Notes under the pieces: model-generated
What the model was told of the DNA's origin: nothing
Database searches by the model: none
The model's input: only the letters and a program-made list of their open reading frames with translations
Translations under genes and position numbers: made by a program
Part shown: in pieces, positions 31,068 to 45,000 of the stretch
How positions within the stretch are numbered: position 1 is the first letter of the stretch
Layout of the letters: each line of letters starts with the position of its first letter
NCBI GenBank assembly: GCA_047967505.1
Contig: CM106538.1
Length of the DNA stretch: 64,000 nt
From: Dipteris shenzhenensis
Taxonomy: Eukaryota
Strand: one strand, 5' to 3'

Positions 31068-34000
31068 ACAAGCTGCCCCGTGTGCTTCATGTCGTATTGC
31101 GCCCAGAATCAGGAGGATACCGGAATTGCTGCACTAGAAGGCTCGCTCCTGGCTGTGGAGTACTGGCTTGAAATTAAACTCGAACAGGAGGAGCCCTTGC
31201 AACCCATATTGTGCTAAGATTACAGAAGGCTAATGAGCACACAACCTCAGGATCATGACTTATACTCTAGCATCCGCAGACGTAGGAAAAAGGCCTTCCA
31301 GCATTGCCTGAAAGACGAGGATTTGTGTGAAACCTGGGTGTTACTTGCTCAAAACTGACATTCACCGACCCGCTAAAAACAACACAGCTGAGCTTAGGAC
31401 GATGCCAACGATAAGATCGCCGCAGCAGCAGCAGCGGCTATGAGAAGGGCCCTAGGAAGAAAGAAACGAGGCTCGCGATGTGGAGTAAGTGCGTGCAGGG
31501 GGAGTTCTGAATCTTCTGAACCAGAACAACGGCAGTGTGCGGGAAATGAAGAGATGAGAAGTCCGAGTTAAGCTTTTCTAGCTGCGCATTGATGAGGGGG
31601 CGGTCCAAGGGCCGAGTGCCCAAGGGTCCACGGCGCAAGCAGCAAGCAGGAAGGAGGATTGAGGAGTCAGGAAGGTAATATTTAGTAAATTGCTCAGTGG
31701 ACGTATGAACTACCTTTGAAAGGCATGAGAAACGGCGTTTATGCAGAGGGGGAGGAATGGGAATGCTGCAACAGGCCAGAGTATGAGGATTGCTCCATTG
31801 CCAAGGAAAGATGTGGGCTGATGAGAGAGCGATGTCCCTCCTCCTCAAGTGAAGCCTTGAGCCACTCTTAGAGCCAGTGCTACTCTCATCTCTCACAGGT
31901 GATAAGCGAAGAAGGTGAGCAGTATTGCCGGAGAAATGGCTCATGCTTACTTCTAACATCCATAACTTCCAGTCCACAGCTCCACGGATGGCTCAAACAG
32001 ATGACAAGTCGCTCTGCTACTGAGACAATCATCAGCAGACGAGCAGAAACAGGTCAGGCCGGCATAGCCCAAGATCCTGATTTCCTAATAAATCTTATTT
32101 AGTCAGATGAAGCCTGCACTTGAAGGTGGTATATCTGTGTGCATGAATTTGTGAGAGTCAGGCTGACAGTTTGATGATGTCAACAAGATTAGCAGCAGTA
32201 TCAGGCACTCGCCCTCCCCCTCCCTCTTGTTTGGGCAGACACACGGCTGCTGCACAGTGCTCATAAGTCACAACACACACAGTGCACACACTCACAGAAG
32301 AGAGGGCCATCTGGGACGTGCATGACAAACCTCCCTATGATCCAATTAGTTCTCGGGAGACGAGCTTGAGTGCGCTATTGGAAGTTGCAACTGCAAAATA
32401 GAACCTACGGTCTACCTCTATGATGGGAAGAAGCAAAAGCACACAACCCCACATCACTAGAGTAGCAGGGATAAGAGGAAGCCTTAATATGGTAATGTCT
32501 CTCTGACCCGTTCCGCATCCACTTTAAATTGCTAGTAGCTACTAGCACCGCTTCCTCAGAATTCCCAAGAGTTCATTTGACAGGCCAACATTGCAGATTG
32601 GGAATAGTTCATGCTCTTGGGATTGCTCGTTGCTCACATTGTCAACAGCTAATCGAGCCTCTCAAGTCTCAATCCCCACGCTACCTAGAGTTACCGACAC
32701 ATGGGGAGGTCCTCTTATCTTCTCGAATGAGCTTCACCAGCCTCTGCAACCCACTCCTCCGTGTAGAGAGCAAGCTAGAGAGAGAGGTTGGGCACATTTT
32801 CCCTTCCGTCTCCCTTCCGTTTGGAGAGTTGCTTGTCGAAAGGAATCACAATCACGGGCACATGCCTGCCTGAAGTTTGTTGGACTCCGTCGGAGTTATG
32901 GGCACATGCTCCGTGAGAGCAAGAAGGGATGAGGGGCAGCTTCTCATTGGTTGCCAGGTCCTTGCCTACCCTTACCTGCTTGTGCAGTCCAATTGCAAGG
33001 GTCAAGCAAGGTTTGGCCTTCCGTTTGGCATTCTGTTTGCCACATCAGCCCAGGCTGCCTATTGGGGGGCTTGAAAAAGGTGTCATGTGCCCAGGGTGAG
33101 AGAGAGAGAGAGTATAGGAAGCTGCACCCTCCCCATGGAAGTGAGGTTTTCACTATTCAACTATGATTAATATTATGTGCTTGAATAAGGGACTTGGGAA
33201 AAGCATAGAGACTTAGCAAATCAACGATCATTAAGCATAATTTGCAAACAATTATATAAGATTACATGAACTCTCAATCAATCATGATTAGTTGAATAGG
33301 GACTTGCCCTTTATACGAGGCAAAACATAGAAACTTGAGCAATTCAATGAGGTAAGGATAACTAGAGAGAGAAAGAGACTCCCAAAAAGGACAAGAAGAA
33401 GAAGAAGAAGGTTTCATGGAATCCAATTTCAAACTCTAAAAACTGAATTATTATAAGAGGAAAAGGCTAGTGGCACCATCCCATGCATGGAGTCTTCTTA
33501 AAGCCCACAAGAAGTTCATCTCCTTCTATAAGAATATAGTACATGCACATCCATTCTTCACGCTTTTCAACATGACATCATCTCTTTTAAAGGATTCAAA
33601 AACCAAGTTTAAGGCTTTGTTTATAGGGAATAAGAAGAACAGGTGATCAAAGCATCCATGCAAGCTCTGTGGGTGTGAGGGTTAATCTTTTAAGTTAAAA
33701 GGTAGGGAATGCCCAACTAGGTTCCTCCATTTCAATTTAAGCTTTACTTGACCTTCGCTCAAAACTATGTATACCTTGTACAAAGCTTGTGAATCGTTTG
33801 ACATTCCTAATAACAAGGCCCCATGGACTTCGTGAAGCATGCCCGGGCATTGACCCTCAAACATGCCCAATCCGACGGAAGGTTCCCTTTAAGTTTGGGT
33901 AGGATCCCATAGAGGCACCTCTTTTGGAATGCACGAAGTTTGCTATGAGGGATGTGTACTTTTATGGGTTTATTCCTTGAAGCTCACCTTACATTAAGTC

Positions 34001-34450
34001 AACCATAAAAAGGTTGATCTCATGGCATTGCACATGTTGAGAAAAAAATTAGCATCCATAATATATGGGCATCATTATAAAGTACCCCCTTTCTTGCACA
34101 AATTTTGTGGCAATGACTTAAAAAGCAACTTTTGCATAATCTATTTAACTAAAATCATGGGTGCCACACACATGGTTATTGATTGTCGTCACCTAAAAAG
34201 TGGCCCAAATTTTGTACACCTAATTTATGCATATTAGACAAACCTTAGTGATACACTCTAGAAAATAACAAAGTTATGGTGGCCTCATGCCCACCATCGA
34301 AGAAAAATACCAGTGAGTCAAGCATCTCTCTCTCTCTCTCTCTCTCATGTGCATGATTAGTTATTAAGAAACATTGTTCCAACTACTCTATTCCCATGCC
34401 TTATGTTCCCAATCTCCCTCACATGCAAGACTATCTCCATTAGGTGATGG

Positions 34451-34524
34451 AACTTTATGCGATAATATTGCAATTCCAACTTCAAAACTTTATGCGATAA
34501 TATTGCAATTCCAAGTTCGAAACT
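34451..34524. repeat. ~35-bp tandem duplication
   Basis: aactttatgcgataatattgcaattccaa occurs twice. Confidence 0.85.
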
Positions 34525-35674
34525 TCTCTATTCATTGCTTTGCATAGCCTTGTTTCATGTCACACTCAAGCATTAATAATTATGTGACTATTGTGTATTG
34601 AATGTCGACAAAGTAATTATGAGCCAATGAAGCATAATCAATCAATAAATATAGCTATGCAATTTTCATGCTTTATAAACTTCTTTTTGGGAGTTTACAA
34701 TCTTTATTACACTTCTTAAATAAATACTTGCCAATGACTACAATGAAAAAGCATAGAAAAAGCTCAATTGAGTAACACTTCAATAGGGAAGAACATCATA
34801 CCAACAAACTTACGTTGCACAATATCCGTGAGTATTTCTCTAAAAAATGCATTTTAAAGCAATCTCCTCCCATAAAGTTCTATTCTTTGCATAATTCCTA
34901 ATCATTATCTTCATCCATTTACATTTCTCATCTTTTCCACCTATGCCATCACATTTTCAAGTTTCACATATAGACATTCATGGCATGACCTAGATTTGAA
35001 TGATGTATTATGTTCATTGCTTTAAACATAAAATTACTTGTATTGGTCAATAGTAGAAGGTCCCATGGCTTTTGTAGGTGAGTAGTCAAAGGCCCTACAA
35101 ATTAATCCACAGCAGGGCCTCTTATCTTCAACAACAAAAGCATCACGCCTTTCAACAAATCTCTTTTGAGCAATCTTTGAAGGGCCATCCCTATCTCATT
35201 CTTTAAGCTAAAGTTTCAACCATATGTCTCTATGGTGCCAAACATACTCGTATAGATTCGAGCATAATTCTTCTAGTGTTTGTTTGCCTAGTAAGTAGAT
35301 TTCTTGTAAATACATGATACATGTAAACATTTTTCACTTCATGTCCACACAATAGGAAAGACAAAAAAGCAAACCCAATAAAGATGTTCCACAACTCCCA
35401 AAAATGTATGTTTTGAAGCTGGTATCCATGTTTGGAAAGATGCACTTTTAAATTCGTGTAACCACCAACCACAATCATACCTTTCTTAATCATTGATGTT
35501 AATCATCTTTAAATACTACATCACTATACTCCTAAGGGAAATTATGAATCCCTATAAGGTATGATGTCAATTTAAATAATGTACTATTTTGTAGAAAACG
35601 GGTGCACTATTCTTTTTGACACCAACACTTGGGATAGGTTGAAGTGCTAGACACCAAGTAGATGGACATAAATG

Positions 35675-35677
<3 letters not shown>

Positions 35678-35735
<58 letters not shown>
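35678..35735. repeat. (CT)n microsatellite
   Basis: Read directly; a shorter (CT)n lies at 34324-34346. Confidence 0.97.
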
Positions 35736-35737
<2 letters not shown>

Positions 35738-37219
35738 GCTCACTCATGCCCCCCATCTAAGAAAAACACCAATTCTTCAAGCAACTCTTGATAAAATTTA
35801 GAGCGAACTAAGCAAAATGTGAAATAAGCATGAGAGAAAGATGTCACAAAGTAACACAAAGTGTACTAATCAATAAGAGAATACAACCCACAAAGATGTC
35901 TCACATACTCATGTACAAGACCTTATAAGCAAGAGAAAGAATGCACTCGTCTTGCACTACGCACTCTACCTCCAAGTGTCTCACATGCAAAGAGGTGATT
36001 ACAATTAGTTGCCACATAGCACCCACATGTGTCTCAAGCCTAGCACACAACAACTAGAACCTTAGACAACCCACTCCACTTAGGTACACATAGCCCCATT
36101 AGTATTGGATGCTATGATTATCTATCTCTCAACATATCTCTTGATCAAGCATCCATACCACACAGGGTGTGCTTAACCAAGGAACCACTAAGGACTCACT
36201 GCAACAAAAAATGCCCACTAGCTTACTATTTACACAAAGCTTATCACATGTAGTAAGTTGTTACTCATGCCATGTCAATGAAGTAAATCACAAAGATTTT
36301 ATACCAAGTCGACGTAGATGCACCAAGTTAGGTTCACACCTAGAACTATGCAAAAGCATGTGTTTATGTCTTCATAAAGTTGTAGATGATAAAAGTAATT
36401 CCATGTCACACATGGAATATGTAAGGTCACTATGAAGGTCATCAAAAAACATAGAAGGATGCATTAGATACATACTTGCAAATATTTTGATGCATGTCAT
36501 TTTTTGGTCAAAATACTTTCCCTCGGAAGCCATGATCCTTGCCCCCCATAATCACTAATATGATACTTGTTGCAAGTAGAGGAAATCACCACATAATGCC
36601 AATAATATTCATACACACATCTCCCCTTTAGGTGGCCACAGTCGGGGAAAAGCGTGGTTGAAATAAGTTAGTCAATCACTACGGTTATCCAAAAAGATAA
36701 GGTTTAAAGCATGCCATGTGTTATCATCTCAATTAATCTGAATCAAGGGTCAAGATTGTTTCTCTTCCACTAAGAAAACCTTCAAAAACATTTCAAGGGA
36801 ACATTTTTCTCATCACCTCTCTTTCCCAAATCGTTACCAATATAGATTTCCACTAATTTTGGATTCAATATGGGAACAAAGAATTTTTGAACCTTTCGAA
36901 TCTACTTGAATAAACAGATTTGAGAATGGTGGACATTAGGTACCATTTCTAGTGCACAACTTGAAGAGGCTGCCTATTCCGACGCTCTATTACTTGCTCT
37001 TTTATTTCGATGCTCTCTCTATATTTTTCTTTGTTTGTTCTCTGGCTACTTCTCTTTTCTTTATGCTCCTTGATAGTGTCGAATACATCCTAGGAGAAAT
37101 GAAATGAAAAAAAAAAAAGACACATAGAAGAACAACATTTTATCACAAACTCAATTTTTGCCTTCCAAAGACAACATTCCACTCTTGATCATATCTTCTA
37201 TATTGGTAGTCATCCAGGA

Positions 37220-38060
37220 GGTGAGATCGAGATCCCAAAAAGTCTATGCCTACTTTGTAGACTTTTGAAAGGCCTTCGACACAGTCCTACTATCTCACAT
37301 GATTAGGCAACTTCAGGAGAGATTCTAGGAATCATGATTTGGCGGGCGATGAGTCTGTATGAGTCAACTAGAGGGAGAGTACGAGCCTTAGAGGCCTGCC
37401 AGATTGGGTAAAGGGCACAATAGGAGTGAAGCAGGGATGCCCCCTCTTCACCAACACTATTTGGTCTCTATATTGATGAGATCACAACTTTCAATTGATC
37501 GCCTAGGAGGTGAGGGATCATTGTAGGTGGATCTAATGATACATATTCTTTGTATGCAAATGACATAGCCCTTCTATCCTCCTCAACAGCAGGCTTATAA
37601 AGACAACTAGATGCCCTAGAGGTGTTTTGTAGTAGAGAGAGAGACTTGATAGCAAGTCAACCTTAGTAAAGCCAAGGTTATGATTTTCAACACCTCATGG
37701 GCAGAACTCCACCAACATAGCTTCACTTACCAAGGGGAGATAGTGGATATTGTACATTATCACACCTACCTAGGGGTAGCCTTTGTAGCGTTAGCCTTCA
37801 TGATGACCCACGTAGCCAGTGCACGACTAACACCAAGGTAGGGAACTTTAGCTCGAGCAGTAGTGCTTTAGGCACATTTCTAGGACCCAATAATGAAGAG
37901 ATGTCTATTTGACACATTGATGAGGCCGACATTGATATATGTAGCACCCTTCTGGGTAGGTGACTTGTAAGCAACCACGTGGTAGTGTTTCAAGAGGCTA
38001 CATGTGACTATTGGATCCAAGATGATTTGGAGTAAGCCCTCAGTCCTCCACTAGATAGCC
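37220..38060 (+). mobile_element. Degenerate non-LTR RT fragment of a clade distinct from the L1 copies (RTE/RTEX-like)
   Basis: VYAYFVDF*KAFDTV, GVKQGCPSSPTLFGLYID, LYANDIALLSSSTAGL*RQLDALEVFC, VNLSKAKVMIF and HTYLG. Confidence 0.75.
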
Positions 38061-38839
38061 ATCTCACTACATTAGCGAATGCAATAAGAGAATAGCAAAA
38101 GAAAAGAAAAAGGATTCGAGTATGGCTGTCTCAGATGCATCATCCCGTCATGCACACGAAGGAGCTGATGTTATAGCCAGCTTTGTGGAAGAGGATTATA
38201 TCTTTTTGTCTTGCATTTTAGATTTTCAAGTGAGGACCGCATCCCTAAAACTGTTCCAAACCTATGGGAAAGAAGAGGACCAGAGGAAGGAAGATGAATT
38301 TTAGTATGCCCCTCTCCTCGAGCCAGAGTTCTCTCAAAATTGAATGCACATTCTGGCAAACATTGACGTACTAGAGAGAATAGGGTTCCAATGAACAACC
38401 CTCGAGCACAAAGGGTTAAGCCCGTTGGTTCCCCTCGGAATGTTTAACAGGCTCAAACCCCACGTGGGGATAGTAAGCATCAAATCAAACCTCTACTTGC
38501 TAACATATGTGGATGCCACTACCACTCACCATGAGTTCTCCTCCAATTGGGGAGCACGGTTGAGCAAGGTTACCTCCCCAGTCGGCTTCGTAAGTGCCCT
38601 AAATGGACCCCCCTTAGGTCGAAGCTCCTAACCTCCAAAAGCCCAAAGGCTCCTGCTAGGGCCAAGAGGATTACCCCCCAAGGGGGAGTGTGTAGGAGGA
38701 GGAGAAAGAGAAGGAGGATCTATGACAGGTACTTGCCCATTGCAAGGCCTACACGGATCGCAAGATCTTATACCAGCAAACCAAGAGAACTCAAGAATAA
38801 GGGTGCTTCCAAGGATACAAAGGCCCAACTAAGGTTAAG

Positions 38840-40265
38840 GAGGTAAACCTGGAGCCAGCAGAAGGGGAGGACCCCCAACCAGTATTCATCATCACAGATG
38901 ACCTCACCGCCAATGAGGAGAATGCTTTAATCACCTTCCTTAGAGAGTACAAGGACATGTCCTAGAAATACACAGATATGAAGGACGTGCTCACTAAATT
39001 CATGCATCACACACGATACCCATGCTTGATGATGTCAGGTTAGTGCATCAACATCCCTACCCTATGAATCCCAAATATGCACTCATAGTGAGAGAGGAGA
39101 TCCAAAAACTCATAGATGTGGGATTCATCTATGAGATAGAGCATACAGATTGGGTGTCACCCATCGTGATAGTCCTAAAGAAAAATGGAAAGATTCGAGT
39201 ATGCATGGACCTGAGAAAAGTCAATCCTACTACCAAGCGCGACCACTATTCCTTGCCATTCACAGAACATGTTCTAGAAATAGTAGCCGGAAAGGAAGCA
39301 TATAGCTTCCTAGATGGATTCTCAGGATACAATCAGGTGTCTATCACCCCACAAGATCAACATAAAATTGCCTTCACAATAGAGTGGGGTGTGTATGCAG
39401 ACAAAGTAATGATATTTGGGCTTACCAGTGCGCCCACCACATTCCAACGGTTGATGATCACTGTCTTCAAGGATACCTAAGGGACTTCGTGGAAGTCTTC
39501 TTGGATGATGTGTGTGTGAACTCGACATGGGATGATCACTTGAGCTACCTCAAACTAGTCTTGGAAAGGTGCAAGTTGTACCGTTTATCCATGAATCCCC
39601 TCAAGTGCCAATTTTGGGTCAAACATGGCATGATTCTTAGCCACATAGTGTCCAAGAATGGTATGTCCACCGATTACAACAACATCAAGCTCATTCTAGT
39701 ATTACGCCCCCCCACAAATGCCAAGGGCATGCAACAGTTTACAAGCCATACGAGCTACTATCGAAGATTCATTCTGTTGTATGCAAATGTAGCCTGGCCA
39801 TTGTACAAGCTGCTGAGTAGTCTTTGAGTGGACCAAGGAATGTCAGAAATCCTGTGAAACCCTCAAGCTAGCTCTGGCCACAACACCAGTATTACGGGCC
39901 CCAGACTGGAATCTAATATTCCACGTTCACATATATTCCTCTAATTTTGCTATCGGGTGTGTGTTAGCCCAACTAAGGGAATATAACTTGGACTACCCTA
40001 TGTACTTTGCTAGCCAAAAATTAAACAATGCTGAGGTAAATTACACGACCATAAAGAGGGAGGGCCTAGCCATGGTCTATGTAGTTAAAAAGTTCAGGCA
40101 TTACCTGTTAGCCAACAAGTTCGTCTTTTTTGTGGATCATCAAGCATTGCTGTATTTGGTTAACAAGCCCTGTATGACAGGACGCATCACAAGGTGGATG
40201 CTAATCCTTATGGAGTTTGACTTCACAGTTGCAATGCATAAGGGAAAGACCCATCATTTACTCGG
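38840..40265 (+). mobile_element. Ty3/Gypsy (non-chromovirus type) pol fragment with RT and RNase H, disrupted
   Basis: WVSPIVIV.KKNGKIRVCMD, FLDGFSGYNQV, VFLDD, NYTTIKREGLA, VDHQAL and GRITRW. Confidence 0.92.
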
Positions 40266-42068
40266 TTAACTCCAAAGCTACAGGCCAATTCTCCAACGAG
40301 GGCAACGTCTGAGGAGCTGCTGCAACAGACTATGCTCCCAAGGCTTTCGAACTAAAGCATCTCAATCGGGCCCTCCTATGTACAGCCCAGACTCTTGTGA
40401 CTCCTACTACCCCTACGAAACGGCTTTGCCAGCCAACAAATACTCTAGCTTCTGAGGTGACTCCCAGCTCCGCTACTCCACCAACAAGATTGTTGGCAGT
40501 CTGAGGCTGTAGTGAAGCTAGGACGTGTTGTGCCTCCCAACCATGCAACGAACAAACTCCAAACAAGCTCCATGAATGGCCATGCTCAAGCTCTATGCCT
40601 CCACCGAGTCCTCTCTACAACCTGAATGGCACCTTCAATGACCATCTGCATCTCAGGGCCAAACAACCAATTACCTGAAGGGCCATGCAAAGAGCTAGCT
40701 CTGAAGGTAGCTCTGACGCCTTCTCCAAACTGAAGCTCAACATCAACAATGAGCCTCACGACTCCAATAGCCTCAGTTGCAGCCCATAACTAGCGACCAA
40801 CTCGCTCCACCACCAAGCTGCCATTGACGGACTCCAAGGCCATGCTCTATCATGCCAACTTCTCTACAAGGGATGCCACCCAACTAATAGCTCTTCTCAA
40901 CACATGACTATCCAACGATCAGCTTCAACATAGCAGCACCAACAACAGATGCAGTTCCCTCGCCATGGCCCATAGCCAATGAGCTCCTAGCACTACTCAA
41001 TGCCCCTCATTCATCCATTTGCCACCCGCCTATGCTCACAGTAAGTAAGCAACGAAATTCTTTGTAGATTCCTATGACATATGGCACCACGGATTCTTGA
41101 CATGTGGAGGGTACCCTAGTCATCTTATCCTCAAGGTCACCACACCTAAGGGCTTGGTCAAGGACCAGCCATATGGCACTTAATCTACCATGTCACATCA
41201 TCCATGTGGCAACCGCTTGCCATGTCAGTCTCACTTGCCACATCAGTATAGACACGTGGAACCGTGCCATCTCATCATTACCACATCATCCTGCCATGTC
41301 AACAGAGCTAACTGTACTACCACATCACCCATGCCACATCATTAGTTGACTCATCACTACCACGCCAGTGTTGACCAATCAAAGTGCCACATCATCTATT
41401 GACTAGTCAAACTACCACCTCATCATTATCACATGGTAGTCTCATGTCAGGCACCCTGATCCCTCTACAAGCACACCGTGCACATTGCATGTGCACACAG
41501 GTGACACATCAGCACCTTGCTTCATTGGCACACCTCTTCAAAGGAACAATCACTGCATGTGACCCCTTGATTGCCACATCATCATTGAGCACATTTGCAC
41601 TCCTTTTGCCCCTCCACGTAGAGCAAGTCGTATCTCTTGTTCCGAGAAGAATTTGTGGGCACTCCAAAATGGAAAATCGCTCAATATTTTGTGCTCTACA
41701 TGCTCGTCACATCATGCACACATTTTAGTGCAAGTATCACTCACTTTTGAGCCTTGCCAACAAATCTACTTCCTACATGCACATTAGCCTCTACATCGAC
41801 ACATCTGACCCAGCACATTAAAAGAACCAAAGGAAATAAATTATTTGTGTTGTTCTTAAACCGATCGATGGTTGTTATAGATCTAGATCAGAGTAGACTA
41901 GATTGCCTTAGAGGAGACGATTTGAATTTCTCAAAGTTGCCAATCTAGCCATGCCCAAATTCCCGACTAGTTCCTACTCGGAGTCCAATCCCTATGCTCA
42001 CATATGGTTTCACATCATCACATTACCTAAAACCTAACGTTCATCAGTTCAATGAGCAAACTTCAGAG

Positions 42069-45000
42069 TGTTAAGAGGCATTGGCTGATTGATTAGTGGG
42101 CAGATAGCACATGATTTGATTTCACACACACATGCCATCATTGTAAAGCCTATTTGGCTATTTCACGGCAGTGTGCACTTTATTCCAGCCTTGTAAAGCC
42201 TCTTGGCTATTCCCAGCATCATTTGCCACAAGCCTTGTAATAGATCAGATTATATATTATAGTTGTACCTTCACTGACAGTTCACTTGCTACAGTCAGTG
42301 TTTTGCAGTTAATTCACATAGTGATTTTCACAACACTTTGAGTACATTTTTTGCACCATGTCTACATCTAGCAATGGAGGCATCTGCTAAGCTAGACAAC
42401 TCCAATTACGACACATGGAAATACCAAATGGAGACCATTCTTGTACTTTAAGACAAATGGGAGTATGTTGATGGATCTGTACCTAGACCATTGGACGATC
42501 CAGCCAGTAGTAACTCTACTCCACCTGTTGTCACATCACTAGTAGCAGCGGGATCTCTAGCTACAACAACAGTTTTCACACCTGTAGCAGATCTTGCCAT
42601 TGCCCGAGCAGAATGGGACAAGAAAGATAAGTATGCATATCATCTGATCAAGCAGAATGTGCAAGACATCATGCTAGGACAACTCAATAGAGTCAAGACA
42701 TCAAAAGATGCATGGGATATATTCACAGCTCTCTACGAGTCCAAGAACACTTCCAAGATTCTCACACTGAGAAACCAGATCAACTAGAGTTTTCGCAACA
42801 GTAGTGAAACTGGTCATGCTTATGTACTTAGGATCAAAGACTACAACAATCAACTCGTAGTAGTAGAAGAGACTATGAATCCTACATAAATGGTTCAAGT
42901 CATCCTGAATGGACTAGGAGAGGGATACGAGAATCTAGTCTAGAGTATTACCATCCAATGGCACATTCTAACATTGGAAGACCTTCAGTTAGTCTTACTT
43001 GGTGAAGAAATCAGGACTCAGGCCATTCATGCACGTAAAGGTCATTTCAATGATCAAGCATTCACAACTTCAGATAGAAGCAAAGGCAGAGGTAGATCAT
43101 TCCAGGGAGGTGGTCATCATCAGCAACAAAATCATAATCAGCATCAAAGTCAAAATCAACATCAGCATCATCCTCAACAACATCAAAATCAGCAAAGAGG
43201 AAATCATTCCAACCGAGGAAGATTCCAAGGATGAGGGAATGCATCCACCAATGTGTCAAACATTCAGTGCAACTACTATCATAAGTTTGGACACTATGAA
43301 AGAGATTGCCGCAAGAAGCAGTATGACCAAGGTGGTCAATCCAACAGCAGCAATCAAGGGAATTCTCGTGGAAGAGGAAATCATCATGGTGGACATTCTA
43401 GTCATAGTCATTATGCAAATGAACATGGGAATATGTTTCTTGCAAATGAGGAAATGTAAAAGATTAATACAGTGTATCTAGACACTGATTACAATTCAAA
43501 AGAGGATTTCAATTATCAAGTTGACCAACCAAATCAAGATCCTTGGTACATTGACAGCGGTGCATCATCTCATATGACAAATCATCAAGAATGGTTCACA
43601 GAGATGAAACCATTAGAAGGTCAAAAAATGTCATATACACGGTAGATAATACACTGAATCCAATTCAAGGGAGAGACATTATCCCTATGAACAATTTCAC
43701 TAGTATGAAAGGATTGATGAAAGATGTACTCTATGTTTTGAAGCTTAGCAAGAACCTCTTGTCATCAATAGGTCAAATGATGGAGCACAACTATCGAGCC
43801 ATCTTCAACGGAGATGAATGCACTATCAGAGACAAAAAGAAAGGATTTCAGCTAGTAGGAAAATGAGTCAAGAAAGGATGCTTGTACAGAATGCTAGCTA
43901 CAATACCAGATTTGAATGCCATGTCAGCTCAACTGCAACATATGCCACTATCTTGCAAAATGGCACAAGAGATATGGTCGTGTCAATTTCAAGAGCTTGA
44001 TAGATCTCAGGAATCAGAATATGGCAATTGGGATTCCTAAGCTACACTTTCTTGGAAAACTTTATGAAGCATGCTGCTTCGCCAAACAATACCAAACCAA
44101 CTTCGGCAGAAGCACCTCTCGAGCATGAGGTATTCTTGATTTGATACATACAAATGTATGGGGTTATGCCCAGACCCGTAGCATCAATGGTTCACTTTAC
44201 TACTTGACTTTCATCGACGACTACATCAGATACTATTGGGTCTACTTTCTGAAAGAGAAATCTAAAGTGTTTTCTAGATTTCAAGAATTCAAAGCCATGG
44301 TAAAAAACCAGATAGGTAGAAAGATCAAAGTCATGAGATCAGATAGAGGAGATGAATACATGTCGTTAGCATTCATGAACATTTGCAAAATTCACGGCAT
44401 TCAAATACAATTCACATGTGCAGATACTCCTCAGCAGAATGCAAGAGTTTAAAGGAAGAATGGTACTTTAGTAGACAATGCTAGAGCAATGCTTAGTGAG
44501 AAGCATCTTCCGAATCGGTATTGGGTAGAAGCAATAGCCACTGCAAACTACTTGCTTAATCGGCTTCTGACCAAACCGATTCAGGGTATGACACCTTATG
44601 AAGCATTCGCTAGACACAAGCCATGCATTGGGCATCTTCGCATATTTGGTTGCATAGTATATGCCAACATACATGATGACCATCCTAGGAAATTAGATGC
44701 GAAGTCACGTAAATGCATCATGGTTGACTACAATGAAGAAAGCAAAGCATACAAGTTGTATGATCCCATCGGCTGTAAGGTCATTATCTCCAGAGATGTA
44801 ATCTTTGATGAGGAATCAGAATGGAAAACCTCAAATACACAAGAGATAGATGCACTAATTTCACAGTCATCTACAGAAAAGGTTGATGAAGAAGAGTAAG
44901 AATTACCAAAAACACCCCAAGCAGAGCCACTACAACTCAAACGGTCTACTAGGGAAAGCAAACCACCAGCCAGATTGACATATGCTCAGAAAGGCAAAGC

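Noticed and set aside
30076-31137. Several ORFs overlapping the ATL gene
   Set aside because: Alternative-frame artefacts of GC-rich coding sequence.
31438-33166. Short ORFs upstream of the ATL gene
   Set aside because: No recognisable domain; probably promoter or UTR sequence.
35790-36160. Possible solo LTR
   Set aside because: Composition is LTR-like, but no partner, TSD, PBS or PPT could be identified.
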